A stretch of DNA of 64,000 nt from Ostreococcus lucimarinus. Its lineage: Eukaryota. Under the pieces are notes generated by a model, which saw only the letters and a list, made by a program, of their open reading frames with translations, searched no databases and was not told the origin of the DNA. Positions 1 through 8,819 of this stretch are shown here, piece after piece. The number at the start of each line of letters is the position of its first letter. Within the stretch, counting starts at the first letter, position 1. The stretch is from the NCBI GenBank assembly GCA_000092065.1, contig CP000589.1. One strand, written 5' to 3'. The position numbers were made by a program, and so were the translations under genes.

Positions 1-43
1 CACGCCTACGAAGAATTCGAACGCGCGCGGTAGCGGTCGTGGA

Positions 44-1585
44 ATGAAGACGTTGCGCGCGGAAGCGCCCCCGTCGACATCCGCGGCGGCGCGGCAAAGG
101 CAACCGACAGCGGCACCGCCCGCGACGCAACCCAATCGCGCGTCGGACGTCGCTGCCTCAACAAACGGAAACATTACGAACGAACAGATCGACGCTATCG
201 TGCGCGTCATCCGCACGCACTCGAGCGGGCTCGCGGGACGTCGTATGGAGAGCACGATTCGAAATTTGAGCGCCGAATGGACGCGAATGGCCAGCGCGCA
301 CGAAACGATTCTCGAAGAGTTCTCCGTGCTCGAAGACCAACTTTTAGCTGCGCAAACTCGTGAAGACGAGGCGGTGCAATATGCCGAACAAGTCGCCGCT
401 GATCTCGCGGTGACTTCGAGGTGGTGCGAGACGCTCGAAGCGGAGCAAGCGAGCGCAAAAGCGCTCGCGGAAAAGGCGGCGAAGGATGCGGCGCGAGTAG
501 CTGAAACGCGTGCCGTGGAGTTGGAGAATCGCATCAAGGAATTAGAACTAGAGCTTTTGCGTAATTCTGTGCCGGAAATGGAGCGTACGCGAGATGAAGC
601 GGAGAAAGCAGCGCGAGAGGCGCGCGAAAAGTATCAAGAAGCGCACGATCAACGCGAGAGCGCTTTGGAGGCGCTGGAGAACGAAACCGCCGCCAAGCGA
701 GAGTTGATGGAGCAAGTCGCCACCTTACAGCGTCAATTGGAAGATGTGGAACGTGTCCGCGCGAACGATCGGGCGGAAATCGATCGTACTCGCGAAGAGC
801 TACGTGCTCGATACCAAGCGGAGAAAGACTCGCAAGATCGCTTCGCCAAGGCACAGAGAGAACACGAATTGGAGCTGAAGACGGCGCGCGAAGCAGTCGC
901 AGAACGCGAGGATCAGTTGATTAAAATGCGTCGTGATCGCGACGACGTGCTGCACAAGCTACATCTCAAAGAAGAGGAAGTCGTCGAGGCGCGAGCAAAC
1001 ATGCGCGCGAGTTTATTAAACGTCGAGGCGCTGCAGACGGCGACAAATGAAGCCAAAGAGACGCGGCAAGCTTCAAACAAGGAACTCGAAGACCTCAGGT
1101 TATGCAACTCCGACTTGCTCGTTCAAGTCAAGCACGCAAAGCGAGAGCTCGAAGACACATCGGTGGCCCTGAACAAACTGACAGAGAAATTACAAGACCT
1201 CGAGGACGGATCGGAGAGTGCGATTCGCAAACGCCGAGAAGCTGAGGATGAGATTCACGATCTCAAGCACTCCATAATCGATCTCGAAGCCAAGAACAAG
1301 GCACTTGAAATGGACCGCGAGGTGGCTTATCAAGCCGCCGACGTGGCGCGCACGGAGAACGCGAAGGTTTCGGCGTCTGTTTTGGATCTGACTGAGGAAG
1401 TCGCGCGACTCAAATCCGCCCTCGTTGCGGCTCAAGATTCCACGCGCGCGCTTCTCGATGAAGAAGCCGCGCGGTTACAACGACTCGCGCCAACGGTTCA
1501 AGATAGCGATTACGTCAGTCCGGCGTGGTTACATGATAATAGCTGGCAGCAGCCGAGCGTAACGCTTGTATCGTCGTCCTCGTAG
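44..1585 (+). CDS. Coiled-coil protein (E/A/R/L/K-rich heptad-like sequence), function unknown
   Basis: Complete ATG-to-stop ORF of 513 aa. The composition is balanced and charged rather than Arg/Ala junk. Codon third positions follow the local G/C bias. No recognisable catalytic motif. Confidence 0.5.
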   Translation: MKTLRAEAPPSTSAAARQRQPTAAPPATQPNRASDVAASTNGNITNEQIDAIVRVIRTHSSGLAGRRMESTIRNLSAEWTRMASAHETILEEFSVLEDQLLAAQTREDEAVQYAEQVAADLAVTSRWCETLEAEQASAKALAEKAAKDAARVAETRAVELENRIKELELELLRNSVPEMERTRDEAEKAAREAREKYQEAHDQRESALEALENETAAKRELMEQVATLQRQLEDVERVRANDRAEIDRTREELRARYQAEKDSQDRFAKAQREHELELKTAREAVAEREDQLIKMRRDRDDVLHKLHLKEEEVVEARANMRASLLNVEALQTATNEAKETRQASNKELEDLRLCNSDLLVQVKHAKRELEDTSVALNKLTEKLQDLEDGSESAIRKRREAEDEIHDLKHSIIDLEAKNKALEMDREVAYQAADVARTENAKVSASVLDLTEEVARLKSALVAAQDSTRALLDEEAARLQRLAPTVQDSDYVSPAWLHDNSWQQPSVTLVSSSS

Positions 1586-1738
1586 GCTCGTAGGCGCGTT
1601 TGTAAAGATTTGAACCGTCACCGAGACAGAGACAGAGACGACACGAGACGACGCGGTGCGCACAGTGACGCGCGTGACGAAACAGCGCGTCAACCTTCCG
1701 AGAGACATAACGAATAGTCCGATACTCGAGCGCGCGAG

Positions 1739-4222
1739 ATGTCGTCACGCGGTGGGCGTCAAGACACCGCGAGGGAAGCGCACGTGGAGGACGTTGCGCG
1801 AGTTTTCTCGAGCGCTTACGCAGGGAAAAACACAGTTGGCTTTTGCACGTTCGATCGAGACGCGAACGCGTTCTCGTTGGCGCAGGCGATCGTGAGAGAT
1901 GATGACGAGGATGTGCTGAAGCTATTCTTTCGTACGAGTGGTGCGGACGTCGTGTATTGTTCGAGTGAGTTCAAAGCCGCAATCGAGAAGATGAGCGACG
2001 CGCGCGCGACTACGATTGTGGGAATGCCACGAAGGGAGTTTGGAAACTCAATCGACGCCATGGAAAAGCTACGCGACGTTGGGAAGTTTGAGAGTCGCGG
2101 AGATTTGGCTTCGGTGATAGAGTTGCACGACAACGAAGACGCGGTCATCGCCGCGGGCGGTCTGATCGGCGCCTTGCGGCGAAACGAAGGTCTGAACTTG
2201 CAATTGAAGACGTTCCCGGCAAACGTACAAGAGTTCAACGTCGCAAACTACCTCAGCATTGATATCGAATCGCTATGCGCGATTGGCGTGTTCGTTCCGG
2301 AAGAGTTCCGCGAAAATCAGTTCACAAAAGACATGTTTCAAATCTTTCGTGAAGCCTGCGGAACGTCGAGCGGAAGGAAGCTTCTCGAGCTTTGGTTCAA
2401 GCGCCCAATCTTGAACATGGACGTGTTGCAAGAGCGCCGCGACGCGGTTGAGCATTTCGTCAAGTCTGGATGCCTGAACGCATTGCGCAAACGCATGACG
2501 CCCACGATCGACGCGCATCGTCTACTGTCCGCGATGTCATCCAATGACGCACGAGTGGTGCTACAAACGAAGAGCGACTGGACAAAAATCACAAAATACC
2601 TCGGCGCAGTCTCGTCTTTGTACGATTTCTGCGTAGACGCGTATTTTGATGAAGGTTTGAACGAGCCATCAGCCACTACACCGACCGCAATACGAGACTT
2701 CATGGCCTGTGTGATGTATCGCTTGCCCAAGCTCCGAGCAATCGTCGATCGCGTCATATGCGTAGAAGAGATTTACCCCTTGACTGAACACGAATCTGCG
2801 GTGTATACGTCGTACGTGCGCTCGGGCGTGTGTCAAGAGCTAGACGAATTACGATCGGTGTATCATGGACTGCCGGACCTACTGAAACATGTGCTGGACG
2901 CCGAGCTAACAAAGGTGCCAAACTTTCTTAGGCGCGCGAACGACGTCTGTGAGAAACTAGCAATCTGCTACCTCCCGCAAACGGGTTACCTGTTGAAGAT
3001 CGACGATGAAACCGTGCCCGACGCACTATTGGAAGAAATGGATTGGAAGTACGTGTTCGGCGACGCTACGACAAGCTATTACGAGTTTGCCGCCGGATTA
3101 TGCCTAGCGAACGAGCTCGGCGATGTGTTGCATTCCATCGTCGACTTGCAAGAATCCATATTGCGAGAGCTTCGAGAGGAAATTCTGGCACACGCATCGT
3201 TGATGCGCGATATCTCACGATGCGTGAGCGAAATCGACGTTCTACTAGCATTCGCGGACATTGCCGTCAATTACAACATGTGTCGGCCGACCCTGCGCGA
3301 CGACGACGCGTTCGAAGTCGCCGGCGCGAGGCACCCACTCTACGAATCCTTCATCGAAGGGGAATTCATTGGCAACGACGTTCACATGCCGACAGATCGC
3401 GACCGCGTCATCGTCCTTACCGGGCCTAATGGCAGTGGTAAGACTGTGATGATGCAAACGATTGGTCTTATCACGTATCTGGCGCACTGCGGATCGTTCG
3501 TTCCAGCCACTCGCGCCGTCATCGGCTTGACGGATCGCATATATACAGCGATGACTGCGCTCCGCGAAGATGCCGAGCGCAAGACAAGAGTCCCTGAGAG
3601 TGGTTTCACATACGCGCTGCATCAGGTGGCGCGCATGATTAACAACGCGACTAGACGTTCTTTATGTCTGCTGGATGAGTTCGGCATCCAGACCCAATCC
3701 ACCGACGGCGCGGCGCTCTTAGCCGCCATCGTCGAACATTTCGGGAAGCGAAAGCATCCACCGCGTGTACTCTTCACGACACACTTTCGCGAGGTGTGTG
3801 ATCCCACGATCGTCGGCCCGATCCCACACATGGTCGCACACTGGTGCATGCGCGCCATGGTAAATCCATCGGCCACCGACGATGACGACGTGCACGAAGT
3901 CGAGATGCTCTTCAAACTCGAACGCGGCGTCGCCGATTCCAGCTTCGCGCTTAGTGCGTGCAAGCGCGTCGGTTTTCCCGACGAATTCATGGACCGCTTG
4001 AAATACATCATTCAGCGCGAAAAACGCGCGCGGGCGGGCGAAGACGTTCCTCCGCTCGATCCTTGGGCCGACCCCAAACAGGACGCCAAGCAAGAGGTTT
4101 ACAAAGCCATCTGGGAGCGCTTCGAGCGCGCTCGAGCCGACCCCACCGACGCGGCGATGGAAGATTTCTTGGCCTTTTTCGACTCGCTCGCGCTCGACAA
4201 ATACGGCGTGCCCATCGTTTGA
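1739..4222 (+). CDS. MSH5: MutS homolog 5 (MSH5-like, meiosis-specific MutS family ATPase lacking the mismatch-binding domain)
   Basis: Walker A reads LTGPNGSGKT. This is followed by IGLITYLAHCGSFVPA, then NNATRRSLCLLDEFG..TDGAALLAAIVEHF, then a TTHF motif. From my memory of the human protein, these align closely with MSH5 (VGLITFMALVGSFVPA, NNATAQSLVLIDEFGKGT). The N-terminal domain has no MutS-I mismatch-binding motifs. ATG at 1739 checked. Confidence 0.8.
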   Translation: MSSRGGRQDTAREAHVEDVARVFSSAYAGKNTVGFCTFDRDANAFSLAQAIVRDDDEDVLKLFFRTSGADVVYCSSEFKAAIEKMSDARATTIVGMPRREFGNSIDAMEKLRDVGKFESRGDLASVIELHDNEDAVIAAGGLIGALRRNEGLNLQLKTFPANVQEFNVANYLSIDIESLCAIGVFVPEEFRENQFTKDMFQIFREACGTSSGRKLLELWFKRPILNMDVLQERRDAVEHFVKSGCLNALRKRMTPTIDAHRLLSAMSSNDARVVLQTKSDWTKITKYLGAVSSLYDFCVDAYFDEGLNEPSATTPTAIRDFMACVMYRLPKLRAIVDRVICVEEIYPLTEHESAVYTSYVRSGVCQELDELRSVYHGLPDLLKHVLDAELTKVPNFLRRANDVCEKLAICYLPQTGYLLKIDDETVPDALLEEMDWKYVFGDATTSYYEFAAGLCLANELGDVLHSIVDLQESILRELREEILAHASLMRDISRCVSEIDVLLAFADIAVNYNMCRPTLRDDDAFEVAGARHPLYESFIEGEFIGNDVHMPTDRDRVIVLTGPNGSGKTVMMQTIGLITYLAHCGSFVPATRAVIGLTDRIYTAMTALREDAERKTRVPESGFTYALHQVARMINNATRRSLCLLDEFGIQTQSTDGAALLAAIVEHFGKRKHPPRVLFTTHFREVCDPTIVGPIPHMVAHWCMRAMVNPSATDDDDVHEVEMLFKLERGVADSSFALSACKRVGFPDEFMDRLKYIIQREKRARAGEDVPPLDPWADPKQDAKQEVYKAIWERFERARADPTDAAMEDFLAFFDSLALDKYGVPIV

Positions 4223-4372
4223 CGACGCGTCGCGGATTAGAAACGTTGAAATGAAACTCGCGACGCGCGCTCGGCGACTGTAAAGCTCACCGCGCTGGAG
4301 GATCGCACAATTTCGTCAAACGAGCGCGCGCACGCGCGCCACGCGACCCACGAACGCGCGAAGCCCGCAAAT

Positions 4373-5182
4373 ATGATGCTCGTGAACACCAGCGCCTTCG
4401 CCGTCCCTCGTCTGGCGCGCGCGGCGCGTCGGTCGTCGACGAACGCGCGCGATGCGACGCGTGTGACGATTCCTCGCGCGCGCGGTGAATTCAGCGCGGC
4501 GACGACGAAACGCGGCGCTGTGAGGCAGACGATCTCGAGTCGGGCCGCGGTTAAGGCGCGCGCGGCGTCGAGCGAGGACGACGCGGTTGATAAGAAGGAG
4601 GGAAGCGATGAGGCGGTGGCGAACATTTCGCGAAAGGTGGCGCGAACGGCGCGCGCGTGCAAATCCCTCGGACGCTGGTCGTTTTGGTCCCAGCTCGTGC
4701 TGACCACTGTCGCGGCGGTGATCGTGGTGTTTTCGTTTCTGTACAAGGGTTTGACCAAGAGCACGGATGCTGGGTTGTATTTTATCCTGTTCGGCTTGGT
4801 CGCGGGGTACTTTACGACAGTTTGGTCGCTGGGCGTCGTGCGATTGGGCGATAAGCTTCGCAAGGGGTCGAAGGATCTGGATTTAGTGCCTCCGCGCACG
4901 GATGTCATTCGAACTCTCAGCACAGGGCTCACGGTGAACGTCATCGGACTCGGGGCGACCATCGTCGGGTTGCAAGCCACGACGGGGATGTTGTTCGCCA
5001 AGACGCTCACGGCGGCGGCGCAAATGCCCATGTACGGTGCTCCAGTCGTCGGCACGGGCGTGGCGTTGGACATTTTCTTGGTGCAAGCTGCGTCGAACGC
5101 CATGCTCGGGCACTGGTTCGGCTTGGCGACAAGCTTGTGGCTTCTCCGTACGGTTAACTTGCCTTCGCCGCCGCCGAAGTAG
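4373..5182 (+). CDS. TIC21: TIC21/PIC1-like chloroplast inner-envelope protein (DUF3611) with N-terminal Ala/Arg/Ser-rich transit peptide
   Basis: There are four predicted TM helices. Conserved blocks GRWSFWSQLVLTTV, PPRTDVIRTLSTGLTVNVIGLGATIVGLQATTGMLFAKTLT and LDIFLVQAASNAMLGHWFGLATSLWLLRTV match the TIC21/DUF3611 pattern as I recall it from the Arabidopsis protein. The first ~70 residues are a transit-peptide-like stretch. Confidence 0.65.
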   Translation: MMLVNTSAFAVPRLARAARRSSTNARDATRVTIPRARGEFSAATTKRGAVRQTISSRAAVKARAASSEDDAVDKKEGSDEAVANISRKVARTARACKSLGRWSFWSQLVLTTVAAVIVVFSFLYKGLTKSTDAGLYFILFGLVAGYFTTVWSLGVVRLGDKLRKGSKDLDLVPPRTDVIRTLSTGLTVNVIGLGATIVGLQATTGMLFAKTLTAAAQMPMYGAPVVGTGVALDIFLVQAASNAMLGHWFGLATSLWLLRTVNLPSPPPK

Positions 5183-5194
5183 TTTGCCTCCTTT

Positions 5195-5199
5195 TGTAA
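5195..5199 (+). promoter_or_regulatory. TGTAA motif 13 nt past the TIC21 stop (candidate green-algal-type poly(A) signal)
   Basis: tagtttgcctccttttgTGTAAtaag read directly. UGUAA is the polyadenylation signal described for Chlamydomonas and other chlorophytes. Confidence 0.3.
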
Positions 5200-5299
5200 T
5201 AAGAATACTCAAGCCAGCTTTTTATCATGAAGTGCTGGATGTGTGATTAAACGGTCAAATAATTCGCGCGCGCGCGTGCTAGATGATTAGTAGAAATGT

Positions 5300-6784
5300 T
5301 TAGAATTGTAGCCAAGGGTGCTCGAGCATTTGCTCGGCGCTCGCTCTCTTCGATGGATTGAAATCGAGCATGGGCGAGAGAAAGTCGCTCAACTCCTTCG
5401 AGTCTGTTTCACTCATGTTGTACTTCTCCATCAACACCCGTTCGCACGGCCAAAACTTGAGCGAGCGGATGTGTCGAAGTTCACCATTACGGTTGAAGAA
5501 CTCTTTGCTGTATTTGCCCGATAACGCAAGATGTTTGGGCATGCGTCCGATGAGCTCCATCATGAGCGCCAGGTGGTCCTCGTCGCGATCGTAGTCCTTC
5601 CCACTTCTGGGGTCGAACAACACGTCCCCGGTGGCGAGCTCGAAAACGATGCACGCGAGACTCCATATATCAGCGCTCGTGTCATACTTCGCACCGAGGA
5701 TGACCTCGGGCGAGCGATATTGTCTCGTCTGAATGTCTTGCGTGAACTGGCGATCGACCCAGCACGCGTTACCCAAATCACAAATTTTCGCGTCAAGATT
5801 CTTCAGCGTGTTGTACGGAAGTAAGTCAACGCAGTCACCGTCGTCGTCATCATCGTCATCGTCGTTGTCGTCGTCGTCGTCGCTCTCTTCTTCCGTATCG
5901 TCTTTGTCCTCTTCCATTTCGTCCGCGCGCTCGCCAGTCTCCGCGCTTCCGTTCGTCGCCGCCTTCTTCCTGAGCTTCTTCTTCAGTTTCTTCTTTTGAT
6001 TCTTCGTCAGTTCCGCCGTTGAATCACCGTTCGCTCCCGCGCCAACGTCCAAGGCCTCAATCTGGGATTCAATCGTCGGCTTCGCTTCGTCCTCGGTCGC
6101 CTTTTTCTTGCTCGACTTGCCGCGTTTCTTCCTCCTTCGCTTCTTCTCCGGAAGCTTGAAAGTCAAGAGCACGTTCTCGGGCTTCAAATCGGTGTGAATT
6201 ATATTCTTCTTTCCGTGCAAATACCTCAATCCCTTCAACATCGCCCTCGTCAGCGCCTTCACTCCCAACAACGGCACCCCCAAGTACTCGTACCGCTTGA
6301 TCAGCGTCAACAAGTTATCCCCCAACACGTCGAACACCATGCACACGTGCGTCCCATTCGGTCCTTCGTGCGTGAAACTATCGTACAAGCACACAACATT
6401 CGTCGCTTCGTCGCCGTCTCCCGTGTCTCCCTCCTTCACTTGTTTCAATATCTCAATCTCGTCCCGCGCCGCCTCGGTGTAACTCCCGCTGCTCTTCTGA
6501 ATTTTCAGCGCTCGCAGCGTCTTCACCGCGCCGTCTTCGCCCGACGCGCCGCGCGCGCGCGCGTCCTCGACGAGCCAACACGTGGAGAAGTGTCCCCAGC
6601 CCAGCTTTTTCACGACGACGTAGCGGTCGTCGTTGTATCGCTCGCCGATCGACACGGGATGGTAGCCGCCGCGCTTGTACCCGTCGGTGCCTTCGTCCTC
6701 GTCGGACGACGACGCCGAGCGCGAGTCGACGTCGTCGACGTCGCGCGCGTCGCTCGAGGACGTGTCGCTCGACGATCGCGTCAT
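5300..6784 (-). CDS. SRPK: SR-protein-specific kinase (SRPK family Ser/Thr kinase) with acidic/Lys-rich spacer insert
   Basis: GWGHFSTCWL glycine loop, HTDLKPENVLL catalytic loop and CDLGNACW DFG-equivalent are present. The C-lobe QTRQYRSPEVILGAKY..ADIWSLACIVFEL is typical of SRPK. A long K/E/D-rich spacer splits the kinase domain. ATG verified at 6784. Confidence 0.85.
   Translation of the reverse strand: MTRSSSDTSSSDARDVDDVDSRSASSSDEDEGTDGYKRGGYHPVSIGERYNDDRYVVVKKLGWGHFSTCWLVEDARARGASGEDGAVKTLRALKIQKSSGSYTEAARDEIEILKQVKEGDTGDGDEATNVVCLYDSFTHEGPNGTHVCMVFDVLGDNLLTLIKRYEYLGVPLLGVKALTRAMLKGLRYLHGKKNIIHTDLKPENVLLTFKLPEKKRRRKKRGKSSKKKATEDEAKPTIESQIEALDVGAGANGDSTAELTKNQKKKLKKKLRKKAATNGSAETGERADEMEEDKDDTEEESDDDDDNDDDDDDDDGDCVDLLPYNTLKNLDAKICDLGNACWVDRQFTQDIQTRQYRSPEVILGAKYDTSADIWSLACIVFELATGDVLFDPRSGKDYDRDEDHLALMMELIGRMPKHLALSGKYSKEFFNRNGELRHIRSLKFWPCERVLMEKYNMSETDSKELSDFLSPMLDFNPSKRASAEQMLEHPWLQF
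5838..5882 (-). repeat. Imperfect GAC/GAT trinucleotide repeat encoding poly-Asp in the SRPK spacer
   Basis: ccgtcgtcgtcatcatcgtcatcgtcgttgtcgtcgtcgtcgtcg on the plus strand, which is DDDDNDDDDDDDDGD in the minus-strand protein. Confidence 0.8.
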
Positions 6785-6910
6785 CGCGCGCGACGAACTG
6801 CGACACGAGAGTGGGAATCAAATCAAGATGCGAATCGGCGAGCGGCGAACCGGCGACGCGACGCGAGACGACGCGCCGACGCGCCGACGCGACGACGCGT
6901 CTCGCGGCGC

Positions 6911-7672
6911 TCACGCGAAGACTAACAAAACTAAGGCTAACGATACACCGAGCGCGGACGCGGCGACGGCGCGGGCGTCGCGAAAGGCGCGCGCGGACGG
7001 CGCGCCGACGTAGTTGCAGACGCAGTGACACGCCGTCGCCGCGGATAACGACTCGCGGCGCAAGAAGACGCGACACGCCGCGAGCCCGAAGGCGAACGTG
7101 AACGCGAACTGCGTCGCCGACGCGCGAAGCGCGGTTCGAGCGTCGGCGCCCTTGGCGCGCATGCCGAAATAATGATGCGCGTGCGCCGCGCCGAAGAGCG
7201 CGCTCGAGAGCGCGCTCGCGCTCGCCGCGCTCGCCCCCGATCGCATCAGCGTCGCCAGCGCGCACGCCCTGAAGCACCACTCCTCGCACAGCGGCGCGTG
7301 CGCGTAATCCCTGAACGCCGCGAGCGTCGTCCGCCTCGTCCGTCGTCCGTCTCGTCGTCCTTCTCTCGCGCGCGCCGCCGTCTCGCCGAGCGTCGCCGCG
7401 AGCGCCACGCTCATCCCGTACGCCACCGCTCGCGCCTCCCCTAACGGCGGCGCGAGCCCGAGCGTTCGACGCCAAGCGTCGAGCGTCATCGTTTCGTCGC
7501 TCGCGACGCGCGCGGGCGCCCACGCGAGCGCGCACACGACGCTCAGCGACGCAAAGCGCCGTTTCATGACCCGCGCGTCGTCTCGGTCGTCGTCGATCGC
7601 CGTCGTCGCGAACAGCGCCGCGACGTACGCGAGCGCGAGCGCGCACGCGCACGCGACGCCCAGCGCGCGCAT
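6911..7672 (-). CDS. CAAX prenyl protease 2-like (RCE1/CPBP family intramembrane metalloprotease)
   Basis: Multi-pass hydrophobic protein. It carries the three CPBP motifs in order: EExxxR (PLCEEWCFRAC), FxxxH (FGAAHAHHYF) and HxxxN (HCVCNYVG). ATG verified at 7672. The overlapping 430-aa ORF at 6453..7745 is Arg-rich antisense junk. Confidence 0.55.
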   Translation of the reverse strand: MRALGVACACALALAYVAALFATTAIDDDRDDARVMKRRFASLSVVCALAWAPARVASDETMTLDAWRRTLGLAPPLGEARAVAYGMSVALAATLGETAARAREGRRDGRRTRRTTLAAFRDYAHAPLCEEWCFRACALATLMRSGASAASASALSSALFGAAHAHHYFGMRAKGADARTALRASATQFAFTFAFGLAACRVFLRRESLSAATACHCVCNYVGAPSARAFRDARAVAASALGVSLALVLLVFA

Positions 7673-7743
7673 GACGCGCCGCGCGCGCGCGCGAGTGACG
7701 AGTGACGCGATTCATCACGTTCGTCATCACTTCGCGGCGCGTC

Positions 7744-8748
7744 ATGGCGCGCGACGACGCCGATTCGTGGTCCTACGCCCTGGACTGCGCGACGACGAGC
7801 GTGAAATCCTTCACCGCGTGCCTGCAGGCGATCAAGCTGAGCAAGCGATGCCGCGCGCGCGTCCGCGCGGACGCGCGAGGCGTGACGTTCGCGACGATGG
7901 ATGAATCGAAGAGCTGCGGGGCGAGCGTAAACTTTCGCGCGGAGACGTTCGCGCGGTACGCGTGCGATGAGACGTGCGCGGCGCTGGTCGGAGGACGAGC
8001 GCAGCGCGGCGGCGCGCGCGCGGTGGCGTTCGACGTGAACCTCGGGGCGCTGATCGACGCGCTGGGGGCGTTCGGCCGGGGCGACGGCGAGTTGGTCGCG
8101 CGGTGGCCGAATCGAGAGGGAATGCTGACGCTCGAGCTGGAGAGCGCCAAGGGACAGGGGGGGGAGAGAGAATTGAGACAGTGCGTGTACGCGGAGATCG
8201 CGCCGGAGATGGTGCCGGAGGACGAGGAACGAGGGGAGGAGGTGAGTTTTAGGGACGAGGCGAACGCGTTCATGCTGCCGACGGCGACGCTCAAGGAAAT
8301 CGTGGACGATTTGGAGTGGCCGAACGGGGACGTTTTGTTGGAGTGTGACGTGGACATGCTGAAGTTTAGCGCGCATGGGGCGGAAATAGGTGATCTAGCC
8401 GTGGACGTGGACGTCGGGGCGACCGGGAGGTTGACCGAGTTCTCGTGCGCGCAGCCGAGCGCGTCGAGGTACAAGTATCGATTCCTGAAGAGCGCGACGG
8501 CGGTGGGCGGGAGTTTCCTCGGCGGTGGGGGCGCGGGCGCAGGTGGCGGTGGAGGCGATGACACGGTGACGATGACGCGCGTGTCCATATCAAACGTTGG
8601 ATTTTTGAAAATCGTCCACCTGTTGCACCTGAGTCGCGGCCAAGTGTCGTTCGGCGCCGAGGGCGGTTTGAACGCGTTCATGGTGCCCGTGACGTACATT
8701 TTGCACCCGATCGAGGCCGACGCGGATGAATACGCGGATGAGGAGTGA
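7744..8748 (+). CDS. PCNA-like DNA-damage checkpoint clamp subunit, probable Rad1/Rec1 family (9-1-1 complex)
   Basis: The N-terminal block ALDCATTSVKSFTACLQAIKL...GVTFATMDESKSCGASVNFRAETF follows the Rad1 pattern (ATLDNVKLFT..LKAV...GI.VTVE.AK..QANAFIQAGIF). The track start at 7702 is a GTG; the first ATG is at 7744. The C-terminal part carries a Gly-rich low-complexity insert. Confidence 0.4.
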   Translation: MARDDADSWSYALDCATTSVKSFTACLQAIKLSKRCRARVRADARGVTFATMDESKSCGASVNFRAETFARYACDETCAALVGGRAQRGGARAVAFDVNLGALIDALGAFGRGDGELVARWPNREGMLTLELESAKGQGGERELRQCVYAEIAPEMVPEDEERGEEVSFRDEANAFMLPTATLKEIVDDLEWPNGDVLLECDVDMLKFSAHGAEIGDLAVDVDVGATGRLTEFSCAQPSASRYKYRFLKSATAVGGSFLGGGGAGAGGGGGDDTVTMTRVSISNVGFLKIVHLLHLSRGQVSFGAEGGLNAFMVPVTYILHPIEADADEYADEE

Positions 8749-8819
8749 TGAAATGTATGACTGTCGATTGTTTGAGAAGACGCGATGCGTCGAGTAGAGG
8801 GAAACGTTTGTTAAAAATA

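Noticed and set aside
6453-7745. 430-aa ORF on the minus strand
   Set aside because: It is extremely Arg/Ala/Gly-rich and overlaps the better-supported CAAX protease and SRPK genes in other frames. This is the expected artefact of stop-codon-poor GC-rich DNA.
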